In this document: positions 7,329 to 15,699 of the stretch, one piece after another
Numbering within the stretch: the stretch's first letter is position 1
Layout of the letters: every line of letters begins with the position of its first letter
Origin: Candidatus Nomurabacteria bacterium RIFCSPLOWO2_01_FULL_33_17
Lineage (GTDB): Bacteria > Patescibacteriota > Minisyncoccia > Phycocordibacterales > UBA9973
Assembly: GCA_001786995.1 (NCBI GenBank)
Contig: MFUO01000006.1
Coordinates: 1 to 34,396, forward strand
Reading direction: 5' to 3'
DNA: 34,396 nt
Notes under the pieces: model-generated
Seen by the model: the letters and a program-made list of their open reading frames with translations, nothing else
The model's database searches: none
What the model was told of the DNA's origin: nothing
Made by a program: the position numbers and the translations under genes

Positions 7329-7694
7329 ATGGAAAAGAAACAAAAACCACAAATATATACTGTTGATGCAACTGGACAAGTATTGGGCCGTATGTGTTCG
7401 TCTATTGCAAAAATTTTGATGGGTAAAACAACTGTGGGGTACGAAAGACATATTTTATCAGGAGCAAGTGTAAATGTTATAAATGCGAGTAAATTATTCA
7501 TGACTGAAAAAAGAAAGCTTGAAACAATGCATGAAAAATATTCCGGATATCCAGGAGGTCTGAAATATAAAAGCAATGCTGAAATAATTTCTAAAAAAGG
7601 TTATGCGGAATTAATTCGTCTTGCTGTATATAATATGTTGCCACCAAATAGACTTCGTCAGCCTATGATGAATAAATTAAAGATTACAGAATAA
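7329..7694 (+). CDS. rplM: 50S ribosomal protein L13
   Basis: VDATGQVLGR, VINA, SGYPGGLK, AVYNMLP. Confidence 0.95.
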   Translation: MEKKQKPQIYTVDATGQVLGRMCSSIAKILMGKTTVGYERHILSGASVNVINASKLFMTEKRKLETMHEKYSGYPGGLKYKSNAEIISKKGYAELIRLAVYNMLPPNRLRQPMMNKLKITE

Positions 7695-7698
7695 TAAT

Positions 7699-8154
7699 AT
7701 GGAAACAAAAATAAAAACAAAATCCACAGCTGCCCATGGAGACCTGCCTACCGGACAGGCAGGTAAAAAATACATTCGTGCTATTGGTCGCCGTAAAACA
7801 GCAACAGCTGTAGTTAAAATTTATCAAGACGGAACAAATACTTTTACAATAAATGGTAAAAAAAGTAGTGAATATTTTCCAACAGCTGAATTACAAAAAG
7901 TTATTCATGACCCTGTAACAAAGACAAAAAATACAGAGAAATATGATATTGTTGTAACTACCAAAGGTGGTGGTATCCATGGTCAAGCCGAAGCAGTTCG
8001 TCATGGTATTGCTCGTATTCTTGCAAGTTTTGATGAAGAAACAAAGGGTAAAGTTAAAAAACTTGGATTCCTAAAACGCGATCCTCGTGCTAAAGAACGC
8101 CGTAAATTCGGTCTCAAAAAAGCCCGTAAGAGTCCACAATGGAGTAAGAGATAA
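7699..8154 (+). CDS. rpsI: 30S ribosomal protein S9
   Basis: GRRKTA, GGGIHGQAEAVRHGIAR, ERRKFGLKKARKSPQWSKR. Confidence 0.97.
   Translation: METKIKTKSTAAHGDLPTGQAGKKYIRAIGRRKTATAVVKIYQDGTNTFTINGKKSSEYFPTAELQKVIHDPVTKTKNTEKYDIVVTTKGGGIHGQAEAVRHGIARILASFDEETKGKVKKLGFLKRDPRAKERRKFGLKKARKSPQWSKR
7742..7764. repeat. Intragenic GC-rich palindrome in rpsI
   Basis: ACCTGCCT-ACCGGAC-AGGCAGGT, read in frame as DLPTGQAG. Confidence 0.8.
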
Positions 8155-8158
8155 AAGT

Positions 8159-8180
8159 AAAATCCCGAAAGGGATTTTTT
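8159..8180 (+). terminator. Intrinsic terminator after rpsI
   Basis: AAAATCCC-GAAA-GGGATTTT plus T-run. Confidence 0.85.
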
Positions 8181-8228
8181 GCTTGACATAATCATTAAAT
8201 ATATATAATTTAAATAAAACTATAATTT

Positions 8229-8618
8229 ATGGAAGCTATAAAATTAAATATATTACTATCTGAAAAGAAAGAATTAATAAAAATAGGAACAAGCCTAGTC
8301 AAACAAAAATATGGAAATATTTATGATTGTTCAAGTTTTGTTAGAGGAATTTATCAACAAGTTGGTCTAAATTCTGATTTTAATAATCAGCCAATATTAT
8401 CTCTTGAAGATATTTTTAAAGAGGAAAATATAGGGTATCTTTGTTTTTTAAAAAATAAAAAATATATACAAAATCTTTATCGTTTTAGTCACATAGGAAT
8501 CATATTTCCAGAACAAAATTTACTTCATTATACTAGATATTTTGGAGAACCTAATGTGCGAGAGGTTCATTTAACACCTATTTTAAAAATATTGGAAGTC
8601 TATAATTTTGTAACCTAA
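8229..8618 (+). CDS. NlpC/P60-like (papain-fold) protein
   Basis: YDCSSFVRGIY (catalytic Cys motif) and SHIGI (His motif). Confidence 0.65.
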   Translation: MEAIKLNILLSEKKELIKIGTSLVKQKYGNIYDCSSFVRGIYQQVGLNSDFNNQPILSLEDIFKEENIGYLCFLKNKKYIQNLYRFSHIGIIFPEQNLLHYTRYFGEPNVREVHLTPILKILEVYNFVT

Positions 8619-8679
8619 ATGCCCTAAATCTTAATATTATGGGGCTTTTTATTTTTCAAAAAATAAGTATAATAAAGAC

Positions 8680-9255
8680 ATGAAAGATGGTGAACAAACT
8701 AAAATAGTGTATATCTTTATAGATGCATCAAATCTTTGGCAAGCACAAAAGGCTAAAGGAAAAATGTTTGATTATCAAAAATTAAAAGCTTTTTTAAAGA
8801 GTAAATTTTGTGCTTCTGAAATTCAGATTTTTTATTATACAGCTTATCCAAAAGAAGGAACTCGTGATCAAAGTCAAGATGGAAAACATAAATTTTTTAC
8901 TTATCTTAAAAAAGGATTGGGTTTTACTGTACGGAAAAAAGAACTTAAAAGGATAATCCAACATAGTGATATTGGAGACTCGATACAAGAAAAAGGAAAT
9001 ATGGATGTTGAAATGACGATAGATGCAATTCATTTTTGTAAAAAATATGATACCTCTGTATTGTTTACAGGAGATTCTGATTTTCTTGCTTTGGTTAATT
9101 ATTTGCGAAATGGTGGGAAAAAGGTTTTTATTTTTTCATCTAAAAACAATATCTCTCAAGAACTTCGAACAGGGGGTGATGGATATTTTGATGTATTAAA
9201 TATAGAAGAAGATATATGGGGAAGAGACCTTAAATATAAAGAAGAAAAAATTTAA
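8680..9255 (+). CDS. NYN domain (LabA/DUF88, PIN-like) putative ribonuclease
   Basis: IFIDASN, KGNMDVEMTID, LFTGDSDF, GKKV acidic PIN-like motifs. Confidence 0.92.
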   Translation: MKDGEQTKIVYIFIDASNLWQAQKAKGKMFDYQKLKAFLKSKFCASEIQIFYYTAYPKEGTRDQSQDGKHKFFTYLKKGLGFTVRKKELKRIIQHSDIGDSIQEKGNMDVEMTIDAIHFCKKYDTSVLFTGDSDFLALVNYLRNGGKKVFIFSSKNNISQELRTGGDGYFDVLNIEEDIWGRDLKYKEEKI

Positions 9256-9285
9256 TAAAAAGTAGCCCTCCTTGCGGAGGGCTAC
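9254..9285 (-). terminator. Minus-strand intrinsic terminator
   Basis: Minus strand GTAGCCCTCC-GCAA-GGAGGGCTAC-TTTTTATT; no U-tract on the plus strand. Confidence 0.75.
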
Positions 9286-9331
9286 CCTTGGATGTAAAAC
9301 CCTTAAAGTTTTTATGACAAAACCCTAAGAC
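9256..9331 (-). ncRNA. Predicted small RNA convergent with the NYN gene
   Basis: Minus-strand promoter TTGACT-N16-TATACT (9365-9338), three AGGGT repeats, 10-bp stem with GCAA tetraloop and U-tract. Boundaries approximate. Confidence 0.55.
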
Positions 9332-9457
9332 AATACTAGTATACACTTTTTAACCAAAAAGTCAAAATTAGGTTAAGTTATACACATATAAGATTTATAT
9401 AATTACAACGTCTTGTTATCTTTTAAAAAAGCCATTTTTTTGCTATACTGCTGGTAT

Positions 9458-10069
9458 ATGAATGATAATGAAGAAATTGCTAAACAAGATGAAATCTTTT
9501 CGCACGACGATTCTAATGAATCGTTTAGTGACGATGTAGAATTTGTAGCTGATGAAGAGAATTCAGGGGGTAGTGCTTTATCCGGAGAGTCTAAGCTTCA
9601 AAAATCTAAAGAAAAGATAGAGAAATTAACATCTGAAAAAGATGAATATCTTTTGAATTGGCAAAAAGAAAGAGCAGATTTTGTGAATTATAAAAGGGAA
9701 GAAGATGTTCGTTTAAATCGTGCTAGAGCCATAGGATTTGAAAGGGGATTAGAGGGCGTTATAAAAATGCTCGACACTTTTGATATGGCAATGGTCAACA
9801 AAGATTCATGGAGTAGTGTTGATGCGAATTGGCGTATGGGTGTGGAATATATTTATAATGAAGGCTTGAAATTCTTACAAGATTCTGGTATTGAAATAAT
9901 CGAACCAACTTTAACTTCTGCTGTTGACCCAAATATTCATGAATCAGTAGAAACAATAGACACCAATGATGAAAAACTAGATCACACTGTTGCAAGTGTT
10001 ATTCAAAAAGGATACCGAACATCCGAATATGTAATCCGCCCCGCAAAAGTTGCGGTGTATACTTTATAA
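9458..10069 (+). CDS. grpE: Nucleotide exchange factor GrpE
   Basis: ERADFVNYKR, DPNIHESV, VIQKGY...VIRPAKVAV; start moved to ATG 9458, 8 nt after TGCTATACT. Confidence 0.95.
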   Translation: MNDNEEIAKQDEIFSHDDSNESFSDDVEFVADEENSGGSALSGESKLQKSKEKIEKLTSEKDEYLLNWQKERADFVNYKREEDVRLNRARAIGFERGLEGVIKMLDTFDMAMVNKDSWSSVDANWRMGVEYIYNEGLKFLQDSGIEIIEPTLTSAVDPNIHESVETIDTNDEKLDHTVASVIQKGYRTSEYVIRPAKVAVYTL

Positions 10070-10076
10070 TATAATT

Positions 10077-10331
10077 ATGAAAACTAAAGCTAAAAAATGG
10101 CTCAAAATTGCACTCTTTGCACTATTAATACCATTAATTGCTATGCAGTTTATTAGTGGTTGGAATTGGAAGCTACACGATTTTGTTTTTATGTTTTCTT
10201 TTATTTTCTGTATTGGTATGGCTTATGAATTTGTAGTTAGTGGTGTAAACAATAAAAAATATAGATTTTTACTTGGTGTTTTATTTTTACTTGGTGCTTT
10301 TACAATTTGGGGAATACTAGCTACTGGTTAA
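10077..10331 (+). CDS. Small membrane protein (about 3 TM)
   Basis: Hydrophobic segments; LLIPLIAMQF...WNW...DF pattern. Confidence 0.7.
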   Translation: MKTKAKKWLKIALFALLIPLIAMQFISGWNWKLHDFVFMFSFIFCIGMAYEFVVSGVNNKKYRFLLGVLFLLGAFTIWGILATG

Positions 10332-10334
10332 TTT

Positions 10335-10377
10335 AGCAATATAAAAGTCCAGGCAAGGCCTGGACTTTTATATTGCT
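10335..10377. terminator. 20-bp perfect hairpin between convergent genes (bidirectional terminator or REP-like)
   Basis: AGCAATATAAAAGTCCAGGC-AAG-GCCTGGACTTTTATATTGCT. Confidence 0.8.
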
Positions 10378-11000
10378 CTTTTGCGGTTGTCTATCGCATA
10401 GCGAATAGTTTGATCATCAGATTCGGAAAGGCGAGAGCCTAAAGACATACCACGGCCAAGGCTGGTGATGGTTATTTTGTTTTTATTTAATTTATCGTGA
10501 ATAGTTTCTAAATAATCAAGCGTTATAGATTCCATAATTTCACCTTCTGGCGAAATTGGAAAAGCTAAAATAATTTCTTCCAATCCTTTTTCAATCCAAT
10601 ATTCTATTGTTTTTGGAATGTAACTTTTTTCTATAATATGTACATCTTCTGCCATTTCAATTTTATTTGGAAATGGAACTATCGCTAAAATTCCTCGATA
10701 TGATTCTATAATATAAAGTGAATCATAATCTTCTTGATTTGCAAGTAGTGTTAGGATTTTTGGATTTCGATTTTCATTTATACAAACATTACAAATAGGG
10801 CCGTCACCAAGACTTGTTGCACCGCATAAATTACAACTAAAAACATGCCCCTTTAAATTATTTAAAATATTTACTAATTCATTTGATAAAACACCATGAT
10901 TGCGAGTCAAAGCATATGCAAAACGGCGGGCTTGCCGTGGTCCTATACCAGGTAATTTGCCAAGAACTTTTACTAAATTTTCTAAATTAGATGTATGCAT
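10368..11000 (-). CDS. recR: Recombination mediator RecR
   Basis: HhH LPGIGPRQARR, C4 zinc finger CNLC/CNVC, Toprim EIILA...EGE, LGRG. Confidence 0.9.
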   Translation of the reverse strand: MHTSNLENLVKVLGKLPGIGPRQARRFAYALTRNHGVLSNELVNILNNLKGHVFSCNLCGATSLGDGPICNVCINENRNPKILTLLANQEDYDSLYIIESYRGILAIVPFPNKIEMAEDVHIIEKSYIPKTIEYWIEKGLEEIILAFPISPEGEIMESITLDYLETIHDKLNKNKITITSLGRGMSLGSRLSESDDQTIRYAIDNRKRAI

Positions 11001-11003
11001 ATT

Positions 11004-12437
11004 TTAGAATCCTTCTAATCCTGTTTCTTGAGGTTTGACAGACCCATATTGTTCACCGGTTTTATCAATTGGTAAAAATGACGTGGTCTTATCATCAAAG
11101 TATAATTCAATTCTACCTGTTGGTCCATTACGATGTTTCTCTATTAAAATTTCGGCAATATTTGTGCGTTCACTTTCGTCGCGACCCTTATCCTCACGAT
11201 GAATAAACATAACAACATCGGCATCTTGCTCGATAGATCCCGAATCACGCAAATCAGATAATCTTGGTTTACCTCCGCGTTGCTCTACAGCACGAGACAA
11301 TTGAGATAAAGCTAGTACTGGGACATCTAATTCTTTTGCAAGTTGTTTTAAAGATCGTGAAATTTCAGTAACTTGATTTACCATATTATCATATTTTTGA
11401 GCTGTAATGACTAATTGTAAATAGTCTACAACAATTAAACCCAATCCATGTTCGGATTTTAATTTACGAGCAATTGACCGCATTCGAGCAATTGTATTAC
11501 CAGCAAAGTCATCTATAAATAGGGGAGCTTTAGACATGCGAGACAATGCTTCTTGTAGAATTGTGTAATCATTTTCTTGAGTCAGTCTTCCTGTACGCAA
11601 ATGCCAAGATGAAACTCGAGCTTCGGCAGCTAGCATTCTGTCTACTAATTGTTGCGAACTCATTTCCAAAGAAAATATTCCAACGGGTATATTATTGCGA
11701 ACTGCAACATGCCGAGCAATATCCATAGCCAGTGTTGTTTTACCAACAGATGGACGAGCAGCCAGAATTATAAGATCTGATTTTTGAAGACCGGCCAATA
11801 AATTATCTAAATCTTTGTATCCTGTTGGTATACCACGCAAAGAACTATCAGAATCGGAAAGTTTATCAAATCTTTGCCAAGCTTCATCTATCATTGCGCT
11901 CATTGGAATAAATTTTTGTGAACCTGGACGAGAAGTAACTTCATGAACTCTTTTTTCAGCACCATCTAATGCATCGGTTATATTTTCCGGTTCACTATAT
12001 CCCATTTCACCAATATCACTACCGGCTTCAATAAGAGCTCGAAGCATAGCTTTTTTATATACAGTTTCCGCATAATGGTTTGCATGAGTTGCGCTGGGAA
12101 CACCTTCGGTAAGACTTGCAACATATAAAGATCCACCAATAGTATCTAATTGGCCCAGGTCTTTTAATTTTTCTGTTACGGTTAGAATATCTATGGGTTC
12201 ACCATTTTTGGATAAATTAAGCATTGCATCATAAACAATGCTGTGTTTATGAGCATAAAAATGGTCAGGTACAAGAATGTCTGATACTTCATGTAAAGCT
12301 TCCACCCGAAGCATTATAGAGCCCAATACAGCACGCTCTGCATCCAGTGATTGTGGGGGAATACGAGACCCAGTATCGATTGGTTTTTTCTCTTTGTATT
12401 GGTTTTTTCTGTAATTTTTCTGGTCTCTGTCTGACAT
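11004..12437 (-). CDS. dnaB: Replicative DNA helicase
   Basis: PPQSLDAE, Walker A AARPSVGKT, FSLEMS, VDYLQL, DLRDSGSIEQDAD, KHRNGPTG; no intein. Confidence 0.98.
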   Translation of the reverse strand: MSDRDQKNYRKNQYKEKKPIDTGSRIPPQSLDAERAVLGSIMLRVEALHEVSDILVPDHFYAHKHSIVYDAMLNLSKNGEPIDILTVTEKLKDLGQLDTIGGSLYVASLTEGVPSATHANHYAETVYKKAMLRALIEAGSDIGEMGYSEPENITDALDGAEKRVHEVTSRPGSQKFIPMSAMIDEAWQRFDKLSDSDSSLRGIPTGYKDLDNLLAGLQKSDLIILAARPSVGKTTLAMDIARHVAVRNNIPVGIFSLEMSSQQLVDRMLAAEARVSSWHLRTGRLTQENDYTILQEALSRMSKAPLFIDDFAGNTIARMRSIARKLKSEHGLGLIVVDYLQLVITAQKYDNMVNQVTEISRSLKQLAKELDVPVLALSQLSRAVEQRGGKPRLSDLRDSGSIEQDADVVMFIHREDKGRDESERTNIAEILIEKHRNGPTGRIELYFDDKTTSFLPIDKTGEQYGSVKPQETGLEGF

Positions 12438-12530
12438 ACGATTTAATATAGCACATAGAAATCAAGGTGTCTTTCAGACCTGTTTATAGTATGGGGAATA
12501 TCTGGGAAAACTAGTTATATCATTTACACA

Positions 12531-12564
12531 CCTCACCCCTGGCCCCTCTCCTGGCTGAGAGGGG
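12531..12564. repeat. GC-rich REP-like hairpin
   Basis: CCTCACCCCTGG-CCCCTCTC-CTGGCT-GAGAGGGG in an AT-rich spacer between divergent genes. Confidence 0.65.
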
Positions 12565-12589
12565 AATAAATAGTAAGGTATATAAAATG

Positions 12590-12629
12590 TTGCTAGAATT
12601 GTTTTTTTAGTGTACTATTGAACTATGAC
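12590..12629 (+). promoter_or_regulatory. trpS promoter with possible TrpR operator
   Basis: TTGCTA-N17-TACTAT, 6 nt to ATG; GTACT (12612) and GAACT (12620) at 8-bp spacing. Confidence 0.45.
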
Positions 12630-13596
12630 AAAAAAGATTTTACTTTCAGGGATCCAGTCCACAGGAACTCTCCATATAGGTAACTATTTTGGAGCTATAA
12701 AGCAATTTGTGGAATTACAAGATAATTATGATACTCGTATATTTGTAGCCAATTTTCATTCTGTTACAACTATTCAAGATAAAGAAAAATTAGAAAAATT
12801 AACTCGCGAAATAGTCATTGATTATTTAGCTTGTGGTCTTGATCCAGAAAAAGTTACTTTATTTTTACAATCATCAATTCCAGAAGTTACAGAACTTGCT
12901 TGGTATTTTAATTGTTTAATAACCGTACCTTATTTAATGCGAGCTCATTCATATAAAGATAAAGTTGCTAATGGTAAAGAACCATCAGCAGGACTTTTTA
13001 CTTATCCAATGCTTATGGCTGCTGATATTTTAATTCAAGATTCTGAGATTGTTCCTGTTGGACAAGACCAAAAGCAACATATTGAATTTACTCGTGATGT
13101 TGCAACTAAATTTAACCATACTTATGGTGAAACTTTTAAATTACCAGAAGCTTATATTTTGGATGATGTTTCAATAGTTCCTGGGTTAGATGGGCAAAAA
13201 ATGAGTAAAAGTTATGGTAATACGATTCCACTTTTTGCCGAAGATAAAGATATAGAAAAACTTTGTATGCAAGTAGTTACAGATTCCTTAAGTCCAGCAG
13301 ATCCTAAAGATCCAGAAACTTCAAATATTTTTCAAATTCATAAGTTGTTTTTAAATAATGTTGAAAAAGAAGAATTGGCAGAAAAATATCGTGCAGGTGG
13401 ATTGGGGTATAAAGAAGCTAAAGAAATGTTAGCTGAAAGTGTTAAAAAATTTATCGGACCAATTCGCGAAAAAAGAAAAGAGATAGAAAATAATCCTGAT
13501 TTTGTAGACCAAGTTTTAAAACAAGGAGGGCAAAAAGCTCAAGCTATTGCATCTAAAAAATTATTAGAAATTCGCAGTAAAGTAGGAATTTTATAA
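12625..13596 (+). CDS. trpS: Tryptophan--tRNA ligase
   Basis: HIGN, YPMLMAADIL, VPVGQDQKQH, KMSKS. Confidence 0.98.
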   Translation: MTKKILLSGIQSTGTLHIGNYFGAIKQFVELQDNYDTRIFVANFHSVTTIQDKEKLEKLTREIVIDYLACGLDPEKVTLFLQSSIPEVTELAWYFNCLITVPYLMRAHSYKDKVANGKEPSAGLFTYPMLMAADILIQDSEIVPVGQDQKQHIEFTRDVATKFNHTYGETFKLPEAYILDDVSIVPGLDGQKMSKSYGNTIPLFAEDKDIEKLCMQVVTDSLSPADPKDPETSNIFQIHKLFLNNVEKEELAEKYRAGGLGYKEAKEMLAESVKKFIGPIREKRKEIENNPDFVDQVLKQGGQKAQAIASKKLLEIRSKVGIL

Positions 13597-13600
13597 TTTT

Positions 13601-13876
13601 ATGGACGAATACAAAAAAGAAGTAAATACAATAATTCGTAAATGCGCCGGAGCAGGGGCATTGTTAAATGATTTTTTGGAAGATATTTTAACCACTGGTG
13701 AATACGAAGAAATAGCTCGTCGTTGGCAAATAGTCAAAATGCTCGATACCGGAACTCCACAGCGCGAAATAACTGAAACACTTGGTGTAGGGGTCGCAAC
13801 CGTTACCCGTGGTGCAAAAGAATTAGCAGACAAAAAAGGCGGCTTCCGCAAAGCCCTAGCCAAATTCGGGAAATAA
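13601..13876 (+). CDS. trpR: Trp repressor-like regulator
   Basis: LTTGEYEEIARR, QREITETLGVGVATVTRG resembles the TrpR HTH (QRE...LGAGIATITRG); adjacent to trpS. Confidence 0.8.
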   Translation: MDEYKKEVNTIIRKCAGAGALLNDFLEDILTTGEYEEIARRWQIVKMLDTGTPQREITETLGVGVATVTRGAKELADKKGGFRKALAKFGK

Positions 13877-13900
13877 CCTACAAGGTCTTGCCTTGTAGGT
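13876..13900. repeat. REP-like hairpin
   Basis: ACCTACAAGG-TCTTG-CCTTGTAGGT. Confidence 0.8.
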
Positions 13901-13914
13901 CCAAATATTTAATT

Positions 13915-15684
13915 ATGAAAACAAAGATAAATTTTAAAAGAATACTATTTTACCTATGGCCACATGTTAAAAAACATTGGTTATCTTTTTCGTTAGTTTT
14001 TGGTGGTTTTGGAATTGGTATAATCTTTGAGGCGATAATTAGACCATATTTATATAAAGAACTTATTGATGCTTTCTCGTCTGGTTTACCAAAAGATATG
14101 ATTTTAAATCAATCCTTAGATCTATTGCTTTTACTTTGTATTGTTATTTTTATTCATCTGATTGGTTTTAGAATTGGAGATTTTAGCCTTGCATATTTTG
14201 AAAGTAAAGTTATGAAAAGACTTCATAATTTTTCATTTAATAAATTATTAGAACATTCCTATAATTTTTTCTCAAGTAATTTTTCAGGTAGTTTAATTGC
14301 TAAATCAAAAAGATTTTCAAAGTCTTTTGAAACTTTTTTTGATGTTATAAGTTTTCAAATTTATTTCTCAATTCTTACATTGTCTGGAATTCTTGTTGTT
14401 TTGTTTATTAAAACTCCAAAGATAGCTTGGATTTTTTTAGCATGGGCATTTATATATGTATTAATAACTTTTCTTTTTATTAAAAAAAAGATCCGATATG
14501 ATCTTTTAGAAGCTGAAGCTGATTCTAATGTAACTGGTAGATTATCTGATTCAATAATAAATATATTAAATATAAAAATATTCAGTAGTTCTTTTTTTGA
14601 AAAAAAATCTTTTGAAAATGTAACACAAGATGAAGAGTTAAAACGTAGAAATAGTTGGCAATTTGGTAATTTCCAAAGTTTAATTCAGTCAATTATGATG
14701 GCATTACTACAAGTAGTAATTATTTTTATTTGTATAAAAATGTGGTATCGAAATGAAATTTCTATTGGTACTATAGTTCTTCTACAGGCGTACATGTTTA
14801 ATCTTTTTGATATTCTTTGGAACCTAGGTCGAGCTATGACAAAAGTCATAAAATCTTTAACTGATATGAAAGAAATGATAGATATTTTTGATTTAAATAC
14901 TGATATTAGTGACCCACAAAATCCCGAAGTTTTGGAAATGAAAAATGGGCATATAAAATTTAATGATGTTAGTTTTTCATATAAAAATGGAAATTCTTTA
15001 ATAAATAAATTAAATTTTGCAATATTACCTGGCGAGCATGTTGGTCTTGTTGGGCATTCAGGAGCTGGTAAATCAACAATTACTAAATTATTGTTACGCT
15101 TTGCTGACACAACAAAAGGTGAAATTACAATTGACAGCCAAAATATCAAAAATGTTTTGCAAGATGATTTAAGATCTGTCATTGCTTATGTTCCACAAGA
15201 CCCAATTTTATTTCATCGAACCATTAAAGAAAATATAATTTATAGTAAACCTGATGTGACAGATGAAGAAATGATAGCTGTTGCCAAGTCAGCATATGCT
15301 CATGAATTTATAAGTAAATTACCAAACGGGTATGATACATTAGTGGGCGAGCGTGGTGTAAAGCTTTCCGGTGGAGAAAGACAACGAGTAGCAATAGCAC
15401 GCGCTATGCTTAAAAATTCCCCAATTCTTGTATTAGACGAAGCCACAAGCTCGCTTGACAGTCTTAGTGAAGGCTATATTCAACAAGCCTTTATAGAACT
15501 AATGAAAAATAAAACAACCCTTGTTATCGCACACCGTCTTTCTACAATTCAAAAAATGGACAGGATTATAGTGCTTGATAATGGGAAAATTGTAGAAGAT
15601 GGAACTCATACAGAATTATTAAATAAAGATGGAATTTATGCCGAACTTTGGAACCACCAAACCGGCGGATTTATTAGTGAATAA
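13915..15684 (+). CDS. ABC transporter, fused permease/ATP-binding (MsbA-like exporter)
   Basis: TM domain, GHSGAGKST, LSGGERQR, LVLDEATSSLD, IAHRLST; start set at ATG 13915. Confidence 0.95.
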   Translation: MKTKINFKRILFYLWPHVKKHWLSFSLVFGGFGIGIIFEAIIRPYLYKELIDAFSSGLPKDMILNQSLDLLLLLCIVIFIHLIGFRIGDFSLAYFESKVMKRLHNFSFNKLLEHSYNFFSSNFSGSLIAKSKRFSKSFETFFDVISFQIYFSILTLSGILVVLFIKTPKIAWIFLAWAFIYVLITFLFIKKKIRYDLLEAEADSNVTGRLSDSIINILNIKIFSSSFFEKKSFENVTQDEELKRRNSWQFGNFQSLIQSIMMALLQVVIIFICIKMWYRNEISIGTIVLLQAYMFNLFDILWNLGRAMTKVIKSLTDMKEMIDIFDLNTDISDPQNPEVLEMKNGHIKFNDVSFSYKNGNSLINKLNFAILPGEHVGLVGHSGAGKSTITKLLLRFADTTKGEITIDSQNIKNVLQDDLRSVIAYVPQDPILFHRTIKENIIYSKPDVTDEEMIAVAKSAYAHEFISKLPNGYDTLVGERGVKLSGGERQRVAIARAMLKNSPILVLDEATSSLDSLSEGYIQQAFIELMKNKTTLVIAHRLSTIQKMDRIIVLDNGKIVEDGTHTELLNKDGIYAELWNHQTGGFISE

Positions 15685-15699
15685 TGATATAATAGATTT

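Noticed and set aside
11004..12437. Intein in DnaB
   Set aside because: Length (477 aa) and contiguous helicase motifs leave no room for one.
12438..12624. T-box riboswitch upstream of trpS
   Set aside because: No AAGGTGGTACC-like T-box motif, and the promoter appears leaderless.
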